Notes under the pieces: model-generated
The model's database searches: none
Seen by the model: only the letters and a program-made list of their open reading frames with translations
Told to the model about the DNA's origin: nothing
NCBI GenBank assembly: GCA_050246315.1
Contig: JBFWWG010000009.1
Coordinates: 20,001 to 84,000 of the forward strand
Direction of reading: 5' to 3'
DNA length: 64,000 bases
From: Nitrospiraceae bacterium
Lineage (GTDB): Bacteria; Nitrospirota; Nitrospiria; Nitrospirales; Nitrospiraceae
Program-made: the position numbers and the translations under genes
Shown: positions 41,378 to 52,334 of the stretch, piece by piece
Position numbering within the stretch: the first letter of the stretch is position 1
Layout: every line of letters begins with the position of its first letter

Positions 41378-42648
41378 CTCAAACGGGTGTGCTCATGACC
41401 TATGATGTTCGATGCCGGATATCGGGATGGGTAGCGTCCTCGGTGCTCCATTTGTGCGCCGTCGGCCTGGCCGTCATACTTGTCGAGGAAATGAAGCCTC
41501 CGGCCGATCCCTCTCCCTTTCAGTGGGAGGTCGCGCTGATTGAAGCCGTCAACAGGTCCGATTCTCCGCAAGCGGCGGCATCGCCAGCCGACCCGGCGCC
41601 CTCGCCTCCTAAGGTTGATCAGAGCGTTCCTCCAACACCCACAGTGGTGACCAGGCAGGTCCATACGAGGGTTGAGACAAGGGTGGCGCAGGGCCGGCCA
41701 GATCGAATCGATCGCCAGGTCCAGCCGGTTAAACAGCGAGAAGAAGCCGTTCAGGAACCGACGACGCAGGCCGTCCAACCCGTGATAGAAACCGCGATGG
41801 CCGACGAGCAGCAGCCCATCCAGGAGCGAGCTGCGATCCTGTCGGCGAATGCCGCGAAGACTGCCGTGGAATCCGTTCCGGTGGAGTCGCCTACGACGAT
41901 CGATCGAATCGAATCGACACCGGCCGTCGTCTCGACGGCAACGACTGACGTGGCTCGTACGGTCGCGGCCAATCACGCCGAGGAGTCTGTGAGTGCGCCT
42001 GTCGTTGAGCGCGGCGCACCGGTCGAGAGCGCCGCGCCTATCGTCGAGTCGAGGCAACCGCTGGTCGCCCAGGCCGTGACGAGCGGGGCGGAATCGGTCG
42101 TGCCGAAGGAGGAGCGCACCGCGGTCGTGACGGCACAGGAGATTTACGAGACGCCCGTACCGGCCACCGTGACGCAACAGGTGGCGGCCCTGCCTCCCGC
42201 GGCTGAGGCCGGATCGGTCAAGACGGCGCCGGAATCTCCACCGTCGGATGCGGCGCCGGAGGCCGTTCGGTCGCCCATTAGTGAGCAGAAGGAAGCGGTT
42301 GGACGCGAGACAGATCAGGTCGTTGCCAAATCGTCGAGACAGACACCCGGGACGAAGGCGGATTACCGTTGGTTGGCTGAATCGCTCTACCACCGCATTG
42401 CGGAGTTGAAGCGCTATCCGAGCGCTGCACGGCTGAACGGATGGGAAGGGAAGGTCGTGCTTCGCGCCGTGATCAAAGCCGATGGCAATCTGGCCGATCT
42501 GCGGGTTCAGAAGAGTTCCGGGTTCGATGCCTTGGATCAGGCCGCGCTCGACACGGTCCGCCAAGCCTGTCCGCTGCATCTGAAGCATGAGCTGGGCCGA
42601 CCCGAGGTGGTGGTGAGTTTGCCGATCGTCTACAGCTTGTCGAACTGA
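41374..42648 (+). CDS. TonB-family energy transducer with a long Pro/Ala/Glu/Val linker
   Basis: N-terminal SxxLH anchor (SSVLHLCAV) and TonB_C domain YPSAARLNGWEGKVVLRAVIKADG...SSGFDALDQAA. Confidence 0.88.
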   Translation: MTQTGVLMTYDVRCRISGWVASSVLHLCAVGLAVILVEEMKPPADPSPFQWEVALIEAVNRSDSPQAAASPADPAPSPPKVDQSVPPTPTVVTRQVHTRVETRVAQGRPDRIDRQVQPVKQREEAVQEPTTQAVQPVIETAMADEQQPIQERAAILSANAAKTAVESVPVESPTTIDRIESTPAVVSTATTDVARTVAANHAEESVSAPVVERGAPVESAAPIVESRQPLVAQAVTSGAESVVPKEERTAVVTAQEIYETPVPATVTQQVAALPPAAEAGSVKTAPESPPSDAAPEAVRSPISEQKEAVGRETDQVVAKSSRQTPGTKADYRWLAESLYHRIAELKRYPSAARLNGWEGKVVLRAVIKADGNLADLRVQKSSGFDALDQAALDTVRQACPLHLKHELGRPEVVVSLPIVYSLSN

Positions 42649-42664
42649 TGCAACGCGAGGGCTT

Positions 42665-43237
42665 GTGATGCGCGCGAACAGACTGAGCGGCGGAAGGATC
42701 AGAGCCCGGACCCTGTGGGGGCTGTGCCTGGCCGGTCTCATCCTCTGGATGCCGGGATGGCCGGCGCACGCGGATGATCCGATGACGGCCATGAAAATGG
42801 CGCGCGTCCCTCCGGGGACGACCGCGGTGTCATTCGAGCTGCCTTCCTTGGACGGTGGCAGGATGCGGTTGCAAGACTTTGCGGGGAAGGTCGTGCTGCT
42901 CAACTTCTGGGCCACCTGGTGCGGGCCATGCAGGGACGAAATGCCGTCGCTGGGACGATTGCGGGAGCGGCTCGATCCGAAGTCATTTGCGGTCGTCACG
43001 ATGACGACCGATGTGCAGAAGGAAGGGATTCGACAGTTCTTGGCGCAACTTCGAGTGATGTTGCCCGTCCTCTTCGACGAGCAGCAGGACGTGTCGCGCG
43101 CGTTCATGGTGCGTGGGCTGCCGACGACGGTGCTGATCGGGGCGGACGGCGCGCTGCTCGCTCGTGCCGTCGGACCGAGAGAATGGGACAGCGCGCCGGC
43201 CTTGGCAGTCATGCGACAGGCCTTAGCCCGGGAATAA
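42665..43237 (+). CDS. TlpA-like thiol:disulfide oxidoreductase
   Basis: KVVLLNFWATWCGPCRDEMPSL, VRGLPTTVLIG. Confidence 0.93.
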   Translation: MMRANRLSGGRIRARTLWGLCLAGLILWMPGWPAHADDPMTAMKMARVPPGTTAVSFELPSLDGGRMRLQDFAGKVVLLNFWATWCGPCRDEMPSLGRLRERLDPKSFAVVTMTTDVQKEGIRQFLAQLRVMLPVLFDEQQDVSRAFMVRGLPTTVLIGADGALLARAVGPREWDSAPALAVMRQALARE

Positions 43238-43303
43238 AGAGGGAACGGTGATCCGGGAGTGGAGCAGGCTCTCGCGAAGCCGCGCCATAGGTGGATGGAC
43301 GCT

Positions 43304-43431
43304 ATGCACAAGGTTCTCGAGCGCGTCAACGAGGCTGCGGAGGTGTTGAGCGTCAGCCGCTGGACGGTTTCCGGTGGCTGGAAGAAGGGAACCTGAGGGG
43401 AAGCAATCGACAGGGGAAGTCGCGGGTATAG
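43304..43431 (+). pseudogene. Frameshifted excisionase/HTH_17-like DNA-binding protein remnant
   Basis: RVNEAAEVLSVSRWTV in one frame continues as RWLEEGNLRGS in the next frame; a single-base loss at about 43371 explains it. Confidence 0.6.
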
Positions 43432-43492
43432 GCATCCGTCGGTCGGCCACCAGGGATGAAGGCGGACACCGCATCGGGCTGACAACACCTCC

Positions 43493-43813
43493 ATGGCACA
43501 GCGCACCTTCCGAATCCACATCTGGACGGCCGGTTACCTGGCGGCGACCTATGCTGTCCTGTTGCTGCTCGTGGCGGTCTGTTCCGCCGAGCCGCATCCG
43601 GCCTTCACCCATGCACACCACGGCCCGCAAGCCGTGCATTCGCTCCTCTGCGTTTGGGCCTGCCAAGCGGCCTCTGGGGAACAGATCGGCGCCGCCGAAG
43701 CGGTCGTGGCATACCAGCCCTTGATCTTCCTCGTCGCTCCATCTCACCTGACCTCTCTCCCTTCAATCGATCCAACCGGCTGTTCCAGCCGGGCTCCGCC
43801 ACAATCCGCGTAA
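43493..43813 (+). CDS. Second DUF2946/CruR/CutF-like leader protein ending in RAPP
   Basis: Hydrophobic helix YAVLLLLVAVC, HPAFTHAHHG, HSLLCVWAC, and C-terminal SSRAPPQSA; paralogous to 39626-39982. Confidence 0.68.
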   Translation: MAQRTFRIHIWTAGYLAATYAVLLLLVAVCSAEPHPAFTHAHHGPQAVHSLLCVWACQAASGEQIGAAEAVVAYQPLIFLVAPSHLTSLPSIDPTGCSSRAPPQSA

Positions 43814-44329
43814 CAAGCTCGGCGTATCCGGCGTTCGGGGAGTGCCGCATCCTGTCTCTGAAGCAGGCGCCTGGCCATCAACCCGTTGTCATCAGTCGCT
43901 ATTCAACATCCTGGTTTGCCGTGAAGGGCCATTCTGGCGCGTGTGCGTGGCGTCAGTGACAGGGGAACGATTGAGAGTGGGTCCGAGACGCCGGGCTGCC
44001 TCCTTGGCCTGGACTGACACAGGGAAGCGACGCTCATTCCCAAGGGTCCCTTCCTCCCCTCTCCCTTGGGGCGAGATGGAGATGGTTCATGAAGCCTGAC
44101 TTTCAGATCGACCTCGCGCGGATCGTATTGGCGACGGCGGTACGATGGGTCGCCGACCCTGCGACAGGGACGCTTTCACATCCCTATCTTCAGTGCGGTC
44201 TCCGAATGTGTGACGGCAAACGGCGGCGGGCAGCTTGTCGTCCAGATCGTGGGTCGGGTGTGCCACGACCAGCGGCATCACATCAAGGCGACCTAGTGAC
44301 GGTGCACGTAGAGACCGCGAAAGATTTTC

Positions 44330-44526
44330 GTCTAGCCGTACAGGCGGAGGCGGATGAAATCGCCCACCTGCCCGGCTGGATCGTGAGCAACGCGGAGGAT
44401 GGCGCCCTTCCCGGCAATCCGCTCGACGACTTCGAGGCCGTGCAGGCGATCCGCCTTCGAGTCAAGCAAGGCCGCCTGGTCCACGACTCAAACCGGCTCA
44501 AACCTGATGAAAGGATGCGTGGATGA
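44330..44526 (+). pseudogene. Possible degenerate amidohydrolase C-terminal remnant
   Basis: LPGNPLDDFEAVQAIRLRVKQGRLV resembles the amidohydrolase C-terminal GNPLxD...IxxVxKxGRxV pattern; no recognisable N-terminal domain. Confidence 0.35.
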
Positions 44527-46793
44527 TGAACGGGACATGGAGTCGAAGGTGTCGATGGCTGTTGTTCGCTGTCGCCGTCATCGCTGCGTGGGCGCCGCTC
44601 TCGCCCGAGGCGTGGAGCGCGGACGAAGAGACCGATGAGGAAACGCCGTTGATCGAGGTTGCGCCCGTGGAGGTGAGGGGGCAACGGATCGAAAACGTCA
44701 ACGACGTGAAGAAGGAGTTTGCGCGACGGCCGGCCAGCAATATCCTGATCGAAGAAAAGCAGATTACGGAGACTCGCGCGTTGAATCTGCAGGATGTCCT
44801 GCAATTCGCCCCGGGGGTGCGGTTTCAGTCCCGGTTCGGCGCGGATGAGGGCCAGTTTCAAATACGCGGCACCTCGCTTCGGAACAATTTTCACCATCGA
44901 GGGGTCAACATCCTGATCAACGGGATTTACTTCGGCGACGCGGACGGATTTTCGGATTTCGAGTCGATCGATCTGTTGGCGTACGAACGCATTGAAGTCT
45001 ACAAGGGTGCCAATGCCCTGCGGTACGGAGCCAATGCGATCGGCGGCGCGATCAATTTCGTGCCGCGGACCGGATACAGCGCCTCGCTGTTGCAAATGCG
45101 GTTGATCGGCGGCAGTTTCGGCATGGTGAGCGGGCAGGTCTCCAGCGGTAAGGTCACGCAACCTTTCAAAGTGGGGCACATGGACGCGACGATGGATTAC
45201 TACGTCAGCGTGAGCGCCAACCGCCAAGACGGGTTTCAGAGCAACAGCCAGCAGTCGCGGGAGCGTGTCAACGCCAATATCGGTCTGCAATTGGGATCTC
45301 ATCAGGAAATCCGGGCCTATTTTCTTCAGACGAACGTGGCCGAACGGATTCCCGGGGCTCTCACCACGGCTCAAATGTTCGCCGATCGACGACAAGCCGG
45401 AGGACAAACTCCCCCGCCGCTTCCGCCGCCCTTCTTCGCCTGTGTCCAGAACAACCAAACCTGCAACTATGGACGCTACTACAACTTGCAGCGGATCGGG
45501 CTGGCCTATCGGAATGAATTTTCGACGAACCAGTTCTTGGAAATCATTCCCTACTACTCCTACCAGTATCTCGACCATCCGATCTTTCAGACGATCAAAC
45601 AGGACAATAACAACGTCGGCGGCGAGATCCGCTACCGGAACGCGAACCACCTATTCGGCCGGCCGAACGTCTTCGTGGCAGGCGTTCAACCGCGCTACGG
45701 CGCTCAAGCACAATCGCGGTTCGTGAATATCAACGGCAACAACGGCGCGATGACCCAAAACGCGCATCTCAAAACGACCTACTTCGGGGCGTATGCCGAA
45801 GATCAGTTCGATGCTACGGAGGCGCTGACCCTGGTCGCGGGCGGCCGGTGGGACTACAGTGGGCGGCAGGGCACGATCCAGAACTTTGGGCCGGCGGGCA
45901 ATCCGTTCAATCCCAACACCCCGTCCGTCCCCACCACCCTGCAACAGCCACTTCACGATTTTGACGCCCTCAGCCCCAAGCTCGGGTTCGTGTACCGGAC
46001 GTCGCCGCATGCCCAACTCTATTTCAACGCCAGCCGGGCCTATGAGGCGCCGATCAATGTGGAGCTGACATCGGCCTTCAATCCGGACGGCAGCCCTAAC
46101 ACCGGCTTCCTAAACCTGGACGCCCAACGGGCCTGGCAGTTCGAAATCGGACATCGCGGCAAGGCCGCCGATGGACGGTACTTCTGGGACCTCACGGTCT
46201 ACGATCTCGAAATGCAGAAAGAGATCATCACCAACGTGATCAACAACACCAATACGTTCCGTAACGCCAATGCGACGAGACACACGGGAGTGGAAGTCGG
46301 CGGTGCCATCGTGGTGGCGAAGGGGCTGTGGGAAAAGGGACCCGGGCAGGAGGCGGATCAGGTCACCATGCGGGCGGCCTATACCTGGTCGCTGTTCCAA
46401 TTTACCGACGACGTATTTGGAGCGATGACGACCGGAGGGCCCAATGTCCTCATCGCCAAGAGCGGAAATCGCATTGCCGGGGCGCCGGAGCACAATTTGG
46501 CCTACGAGGTCCGCTACGATCATCCGAGGGGCTGGTGGGTGGCACCCAGCTTCGAGTGGGTTCCGAGCGGGTTCTACGTGGACTATCTGAACACGGTGAA
46601 GAATCCCTCCTACTTCGTGCTTCATCTGAGGTCGGGCTGGAACCTGACCCAGCACCTGACCTTCTATGCGGAGGCACGAAATCTGACGGATAAAACCTAT
46701 GCCGGCGCCGTAGTCGTCAACGATCCGTTGTTCCGCTATGCCAACGTGGCGCAAGGGATCAGCGGCTATGCGGGGCTCGAATATAAGTTCTAG
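44523..46793 (+). CDS. TonB-dependent outer-membrane receptor (YncD-like plug motif)
   Basis: Signal peptide; plug QIRGTSLRNNFHHRGVNILINGIYFGDADGFSDFESID..RIEVYKGANALRYGANAIGGAINF; C-terminal aromatic GLEYKF. Confidence 0.93.
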   Translation: MMNGTWSRRCRWLLFAVAVIAAWAPLSPEAWSADEETDEETPLIEVAPVEVRGQRIENVNDVKKEFARRPASNILIEEKQITETRALNLQDVLQFAPGVRFQSRFGADEGQFQIRGTSLRNNFHHRGVNILINGIYFGDADGFSDFESIDLLAYERIEVYKGANALRYGANAIGGAINFVPRTGYSASLLQMRLIGGSFGMVSGQVSSGKVTQPFKVGHMDATMDYYVSVSANRQDGFQSNSQQSRERVNANIGLQLGSHQEIRAYFLQTNVAERIPGALTTAQMFADRRQAGGQTPPPLPPPFFACVQNNQTCNYGRYYNLQRIGLAYRNEFSTNQFLEIIPYYSYQYLDHPIFQTIKQDNNNVGGEIRYRNANHLFGRPNVFVAGVQPRYGAQAQSRFVNINGNNGAMTQNAHLKTTYFGAYAEDQFDATEALTLVAGGRWDYSGRQGTIQNFGPAGNPFNPNTPSVPTTLQQPLHDFDALSPKLGFVYRTSPHAQLYFNASRAYEAPINVELTSAFNPDGSPNTGFLNLDAQRAWQFEIGHRGKAADGRYFWDLTVYDLEMQKEIITNVINNTNTFRNANATRHTGVEVGGAIVVAKGLWEKGPGQEADQVTMRAAYTWSLFQFTDDVFGAMTTGGPNVLIAKSGNRIAGAPEHNLAYEVRYDHPRGWWVAPSFEWVPSGFYVDYLNTVKNPSYFVLHLRSGWNLTQHLTFYAEARNLTDKTYAGAVVVNDPLFRYANVAQGISGYAGLEYKF

Positions 46794-46959
46794 CCGAATA
46801 GCCCACCGAAGAGCCGGGCGGACGGCCACATCACCACTGGCTCGTGCGTGAATCGTGCACGGAGCGTGTCATCTGGAGACAGACGCGCGGCCCTTGCGCG
46901 TCGCTCATTGATTTCGCGGTACCCCGCCATTATAGTCAGCCGATCATGCGGGGACGGCT

Positions 46960-48069
46960 GTGATCAACCGGTGGTCGGGGGAAGAGGTCCGTGCGGACAT
47001 TCGAGCCGTGGCCGTTCCGCCGGTCAAGAGAGTACGGGGCCGGCTGATGGCGGGACTCCTGCCGGCGATCCTCGTCGCGCTTTCAGCGACTGCCGAAGCC
47101 GTTCCATCCGAGAGCGCGACTCGTCAATATGAGCGCGGCCTTCAATTGGTGAAGGAGCGGCAGATCGACGGGGCGATCGAAGCCTTCACCCGGGCGACCG
47201 AAGCGGACCCTCGATTCGCAGAGGCCCACTATCAGTTGGGACTCGCGTTGCTGACGGGCAAGAAACAGCGGCAGGAGGCGGCGGATGCGTTTCGCCGGGC
47301 GCTGTCCGCCTCTCCCAAACATGTCGAGGCGCGATATGAGTTGTCGATCTTGGCGCTGCAGGACGGACAGACGCGGGAGGCCGAGCAGGGTTTCCTCCGC
47401 GTGATCGAGCTGGCCCCCCAACATGAGCAGGCCTATCTGGAACTCGGTCAACTCTACGAACGCCGACCCGCACCGGAGTTGGCGATCAAGACATATCGAG
47501 CCTTGCTCACGGTCGATCGGGATCACCCGGAGGCGCTCTATCGGCTGGCCGGTCTTGCGGACGCCTCGGGAGACGCCGCCGGGGCCACGCGCTATCTGGA
47601 CCGGCTGTTGAAAGCGCGCCCGAGGCATGCCGACGGCTGGTATCTCAAAGGCCGCATCGCCGAAAGGCACAACGATCTGGTGGAAGCGGCCTACGCCTAT
47701 CGCCAGGCCATTCAAGCCAAACCGGGATTCATCGACGCACGCTACAACCTGGCCTTTATTCTCCGGAGTCAGGGGCAGACAGCGGAGGCCGCCGAACAAT
47801 TATCGGATATCATCCGACTGAAGCCGGAGCATGCCGATGCCCATATGAATCTCGGGTTGGTCTATACAAGTCTCAACCGCCTCGATGATGCCGAGCGAGA
47901 GTACGAAGCGGCGGTCACCTTCAACCCGGACCTCGCCGAAGCTCATTACAATTTCGGCGTGTTTTTGGAACTGCATCGCAAGGACATGGTTCGCGCCCTC
48001 GCGCAATATCGGAAGTATCACGAACTGGGAGGGCGGGATGATCGGGTCGAGCGCATCCTCGGCCCCTAA
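46960..48069 (+). CDS. Tetratricopeptide repeat protein, probably exported
   Basis: About 8 TPR-like repeats (AEAHYQLGLALL, ADAHMNLGLVY, AEAHYNFGVFL); signal-like MAGLLPAILVALSATAEA. Confidence 0.88.
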   Translation: MINRWSGEEVRADIRAVAVPPVKRVRGRLMAGLLPAILVALSATAEAVPSESATRQYERGLQLVKERQIDGAIEAFTRATEADPRFAEAHYQLGLALLTGKKQRQEAADAFRRALSASPKHVEARYELSILALQDGQTREAEQGFLRVIELAPQHEQAYLELGQLYERRPAPELAIKTYRALLTVDRDHPEALYRLAGLADASGDAAGATRYLDRLLKARPRHADGWYLKGRIAERHNDLVEAAYAYRQAIQAKPGFIDARYNLAFILRSQGQTAEAAEQLSDIIRLKPEHADAHMNLGLVYTSLNRLDDAEREYEAAVTFNPDLAEAHYNFGVFLELHRKDMVRALAQYRKYHELGGRDDRVERILGP

Positions 48070-48332
48070 CATGTGTGCCATCAGGCCGCCGTCTCACGCG
48101 CCCGACTCGGATGGCAAGACGCGCCGTTCCATGGTCGCGGCTGCAGTCAGCAGGACGTTGGATTTCCGGAACGTGTCATTCGTCAATCGTGCGGGATTGC
48201 CAGGCTCTGGCGACCTGTCTGCTTCCGCGTTGGTCGAGTGCCTGGTGATATTTGACGCATGACGGTCCAGCCAATCGGCGAGAACAAGGTTGGCGCGCGG
48301 TTTCAAGCGGTTTCATTTGCGGCCAGCAGCCG

Positions 48333-48872
48333 CTACCACCACCAGGGATAGCGGCCATAGGGTCCCCAGAAATTATAATAGCCCGGGTAGACCGGCTGAT
48401 TGAGGTAACGGACCTCCGTCGGCGGGCTCCAGACGCGGATCTGGCGGATGGTGAGGAGGGGATAGACATACTCGATCTCATCGAGCGGGAGCGTGGTGCT
48501 GCCGCTGGCTTCTCCCACGACCGTGACGCGGGTCCCCGGTGGCAAGGCGGCCGGGTCCACCGGCTTGGTCTCCAGAGCAAAAAAGCGGCCTTGCGTCGCC
48601 ATGCGATCCGGTGAAGGTTCATAACGGTCGCCCAGTGGGAGTTGCAGGACTTCGACTCTGGTTCCTGTCTTGAGGCGTTTGGCGGAAAGCACTTCTCCTC
48701 CAAACATGACGACATGCCCACGATAACTGTCGGGCATCTCAATGAGCTGTGGAAAGGTGATGGTCCGGTCGATCTCTTCAGCTTGAGTGATCTCTGCGGT
48801 CCAGGGAGATTTCGTACAGCCCGCGGCGACGAGGCACAGAGGCAGGACGGTGATCGGCATCCATCGGATCAT
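48333..48872 (-). CDS. Slp-family outer-membrane lipoprotein
   Basis: Lipobox VAAGC; GHVVMFGGEVL, VEVLQLPL, QGRFFA, VDPAALPPGTRVTVVG. Confidence 0.88.
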   Translation of the reverse strand: MIRWMPITVLPLCLVAAGCTKSPWTAEITQAEEIDRTITFPQLIEMPDSYRGHVVMFGGEVLSAKRLKTGTRVEVLQLPLGDRYEPSPDRMATQGRFFALETKPVDPAALPPGTRVTVVGEASGSTTLPLDEIEYVYPLLTIRQIRVWSPPTEVRYLNQPVYPGYYNFWGPYGRYPWWW

Positions 48873-48962
48873 AGCCGGAGTAGAGCAAGCGCATGTTCGT
48901 GGTTCATGGACTATAATGAATCAGCCGTCCGGGAACGGGTGGAGAAAAGAAAGGAGCGTCCG

Positions 48963-49622
48963 GTGAATCGTGGTGGACAGATCTGGAGAGTGGTCGTGTT
49001 GGCGGTGGCGGCTGGTCTGTGGTCCGTGTCCAGCGGACTGTCGGCCGGTGCGGCGGGCAAAGGCGACAAGGTCGAATTGAAAGGCAAGTACGAATTGGTC
49101 AACGAGCCCTCGACCCACGTCAAAGGCAAAGTGAAGCTGGTTGAGTTTGCCGATTTTTACTGTCCGCATTGCCATCACTTCGAGGAGGCCGGGCTGCCGG
49201 TCCTGAAAAAGGAATTCGGCGATAAGCTGGACGCAACCATGGTGGGTTTCCCGGTCTTTCGGCAGATGTTGCCGACGCCGTTCGAAATGTATGAGCAGGC
49301 GAAGACCATGGGGAAGGGCGAAGAAATGAAAAAAGTCCTCTTCCGCACCATCCATACCGATAAGGTCAAGATCTTTGATAAATCGCTCCGCGCCGTTCTG
49401 ATCAAGGAGGTCGGCCTGGACCCCGTGGCCTTCGAGCAGGGATTGGAGAGCGGGAAGCCCATCAAAGCGCTCGAGGAAGGCAAGCGATGGGGCGAACGCA
49501 TCAATCTGCAGCAAACGCCCACCTTGTTGCTCGACGGGTACGTCAAAGTCACCGACATCAACCCTGATAACGTCAAAGTTGTCATCCAGAGCATCCTGGA
49601 TCAGGAGGCGAAGAAGCGGTAG
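48963..49622 (+). CDS. DsbA-family thiol:disulfide oxidoreductase
   Basis: [14 protein letters not shown] and cis-Pro loop [10 protein letters not shown]; GTG start at 48963 with SD AAGGAG. Confidence 0.88.
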   Translation: MNRGGQIWRVVVLAVAAGLWSVSSGLSAGAAGKGDKVELKGKYELVNEPSTHVKGKVKLVEFADFYCPHCHHFEEAGLPVLKKEFGDKLDATMVGFPVFRQMLPTPFEMYEQAKTMGKGEEMKKVLFRTIHTDKVKIFDKSLRAVLIKEVGLDPVAFEQGLESGKPIKALEEGKRWGERINLQQTPTLLLDGYVKVTDINPDNVKVVIQSILDQEAKKR

Positions 49623-49657
49623 CGGTTCCGCTACCTATCCCTGGAGAGGAGACACCC

Positions 49658-52327
49658 GTGGCGTCCGATCCGATCTGTGGGATGACCGTCGAGCCTGTCA
49701 CGGCGGCAGGCCGTTACGACTACGAGGGCACGACCTACTATTTTTGCAGCCAGCATTGCCTGCATACCTTCCAGGCAAACCCTGTCCGTTACGCCAACGC
49801 GTCCTCCACCAGGTCCTCTGCAACCGCGACCTCGCCTCTGATGATGCCGAGTCTCTCCAAGAAGGGTCTTGTCATGGTCGAGCCTCCTTCTGCTCCGGCC
49901 GGTCCCACGGCCAAAGATCCGGTCTGTGGGATGACAGTCGTGCAGGCCTCGGCGGCCGCCACCCTCCTGCATGAAGGGACGACCTATTATTTTTGCTGTA
50001 CAGGCTGCCGCGACAGGTTCCAGGCCGATCCCGATCGTTATCTCCATCCGGAGCGGGCCAAGCCTGCCGCTCCGGCCACGGGTACCGTCCAGCGTTACGT
50101 GTGCCCGATGTGTCCGGAAGTCGAATCCAAAACACCGGCCCCCTGCCCGAAGTGCGGCATGGCGCTCGAACCGGCGACTGTGCAGCCCTTGACCGGTACG
50201 GAGTACGTCTGCCCGATGCATCCGGAAGTGCGGCAGGCCGAGCCGGGCTCCTGCCCGATCTGCGGGATGGCGCTGGAGGCCAGGACGGTCGCCAAACAGC
50301 AAGAGGACAACCCCGAGCTCAGCATGATGAGCCGGCGATTCTGGCTCTGCCTGCCGTTGGCGGCGGTGGTTCTGGTTACGGCGATGTCGGACATGATTCC
50401 CGGGCAACCCTTGCAGCAAATCGCCTCCCGAACGCAGCTCAACTGGCTGGAGTTCGTGCTCGCCACGCCGGTGGTCCTCTGGGGAGGCTGGCCGTTCTTC
50501 GAACGGGGTTGGCATTCGGTCACGTCGCGCCATTTCAACATGTTTACCTTGATCGCGATGGGGACGGGCGCCGCCTACGGCTATAGTGTCGTAGCGACGT
50601 TGTTTCCGGACTGGCTGCCGGCCTCGTTCAAACATGCCGGTGGCGCGGTCGCGGTCTATTTTGAGGCGGGAGCCGTGATCACCGTCCTCGTCCTTCTGGG
50701 GCAGGTGCTCGAGCTGCGCGCCCGGAGTCAAACCGGCAGCGCCATACGTTCGCTGTTGCAACTGGCTCCGTCCATCGCTCACCGTCTTCGGGGTCCCGGA
50801 CAGGAGGAAGAGGATATCTCGCTGGAACTGGTCCATCCCGGAGATCGGTTGCGCGTGAGGCCCGGCGAGCACGTTCCGGTGGACGGCCTCGTCATTGAGG
50901 GCAGCAGTGCGGTCGATGAATCGATGCTGACCGGTGAATCGCTGCCGGTGGAGAAGACGGATGGGTCACCTGTAACAGCCGGCACGCTCAACGGGACCGG
51001 TTCCTTCGTGATGCGGGCGGAAAAAGTCGGCGCGGAGACGCTGCTGGCCCGTATCGTGGCGATGGTCAGCGAGGCTCAACGAAGCCGGGCGCCGATTCAA
51101 CGATTGGCCGATGTCGTCTCGGGCTACTTCGTACCGGTCGTGGTGGCGGTCGCGCTGATGGCTGGCCTGGCCTGGTGGTGGTGGGGACCGGAACCTCGCA
51201 TGGCCTTTGCGCTGCTGAACGCGGTCGCGGTGTTGATCATCGCCTGTCCCTGCGCTCTGGGGTTGGCCACGCCGATGTCGATCATGGTGGGAACCGGTCG
51301 AGGAGCGACCGCAGGCGTGCTGGTCAAACATGCCGAGGCGTTGGAGAGGCTGGAGAAGGTCGATACTTTGATTTTCGACAAGACCGGCACCTTGACGGAA
51401 GGAAAGCCGACTTTGAAAAGTTTCCGGTTCGTCCCTCCTTGGGATCAGAACGAACTCCTGCGGTTGGTGGCCAGCCTGGAGCAGGCCAGCGAACACCCGT
51501 TGGCGTCAGCCATCGTGAGGGCGGCGGATCATCAGGGTGTGAAGCGTAGTGAGACGACGCATTTTCAGGCGGTCACCGGCAAGGGGGTCAGAGGGATCGT
51601 CGAGGGAAAGCAGGTGGCGGTCGGGTCGGTCGCATTTCTCAGGGATGAGCTACGAGTGCCGGCGCTGGAATTGCGGGCCTTGGCCGACGAGGGGGAACGA
51701 TTGCGACAGGACGGGCAAACCGTCGTGTTCGTCGCGGTGGAGGGGCATGCGGTGGGGCTGATCGGTGTGGCGGATCAGATCAAGGAGACCACGCCGGAAG
51801 CCGTCCGATTGCTCAGAGAGGACGGATTACGTTTGATCATCGTGACCGGCGACAATCGCACCACCGCCGAGTCCGTCGCCTCCAGGCTGGGAATCACGGA
51901 GGTGCGGGCCGAGGTGCTCCCCGATCACAAGGGGGCCATCGTCAAGCAGTTGCAGGCGGAAGGGCGGATCGTGGCGATGGCCGGAGATGGCGTCAACGAT
52001 GCCCCGGCGCTGGCTCAGGCCGATGTCGGCATCGCCATGGGCACCGGCACCGCCGTCGCCATGGAGAGCGCGGGTATGACCCTGCTCAAGGGGGACCTTC
52101 GCGGTCTCGTCCGAGCTCGGCGATTGAGTCGGGCCACCATGCGGAACATTCGCCAGAATCTGGTGTTCGCCTTCCTTTATAATGCGGTCGGCGTGCCGAT
52201 CGCGGCCGGTGTGCTCTATCCGGTTTGGGGACAGTTGCTAAGTCCGATGCTCGCCAGCGCGGCCATGACGTTCAGCTCGGTGTCGGTCATCGGTAATGCG
52301 CTCAGGTTGCGACGGGTTCTCCTGTAA
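49658..52327 (+). CDS. copA: Cu(I)-translocating P1B-type ATPase with two YHS domains and two CPM(C/H)P metal-binding repeats
   Basis: [80 protein letters not shown]. Confidence 0.95.
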   Translation: MASDPICGMTVEPVTAAGRYDYEGTTYYFCSQHCLHTFQANPVRYANASSTRSSATATSPLMMPSLSKKGLVMVEPPSAPAGPTAKDPVCGMTVVQASAAATLLHEGTTYYFCCTGCRDRFQADPDRYLHPERAKPAAPATGTVQRYVCPMCPEVESKTPAPCPKCGMALEPATVQPLTGTEYVCPMHPEVRQAEPGSCPICGMALEARTVAKQQEDNPELSMMSRRFWLCLPLAAVVLVTAMSDMIPGQPLQQIASRTQLNWLEFVLATPVVLWGGWPFFERGWHSVTSRHFNMFTLIAMGTGAAYGYSVVATLFPDWLPASFKHAGGAVAVYFEAGAVITVLVLLGQVLELRARSQTGSAIRSLLQLAPSIAHRLRGPGQEEEDISLELVHPGDRLRVRPGEHVPVDGLVIEGSSAVDESMLTGESLPVEKTDGSPVTAGTLNGTGSFVMRAEKVGAETLLARIVAMVSEAQRSRAPIQRLADVVSGYFVPVVVAVALMAGLAWWWWGPEPRMAFALLNAVAVLIIACPCALGLATPMSIMVGTGRGATAGVLVKHAEALERLEKVDTLIFDKTGTLTEGKPTLKSFRFVPPWDQNELLRLVASLEQASEHPLASAIVRAADHQGVKRSETTHFQAVTGKGVRGIVEGKQVAVGSVAFLRDELRVPALELRALADEGERLRQDGQTVVFVAVEGHAVGLIGVADQIKETTPEAVRLLREDGLRLIIVTGDNRTTAESVASRLGITEVRAEVLPDHKGAIVKQLQAEGRIVAMAGDGVNDAPALAQADVGIAMGTGTAVAMESAGMTLLKGDLRGLVRARRLSRATMRNIRQNLVFAFLYNAVGVPIAAGVLYPVWGQLLSPMLASAAMTFSSVSVIGNALRLRRVLL

Positions 52328-52334
52328 AGAAGAC

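Noticed and set aside
41095-43521. 808-aa minus-strand ORF
   Set aside because: Antisense shadow of the BNR/TonB/TlpA genes; Arg/Gly-rich nonsense composition typical of high-GC DNA.
44283-45650. 455-aa minus-strand ORF
   Set aside because: Shadow of the TonB-dependent receptor.
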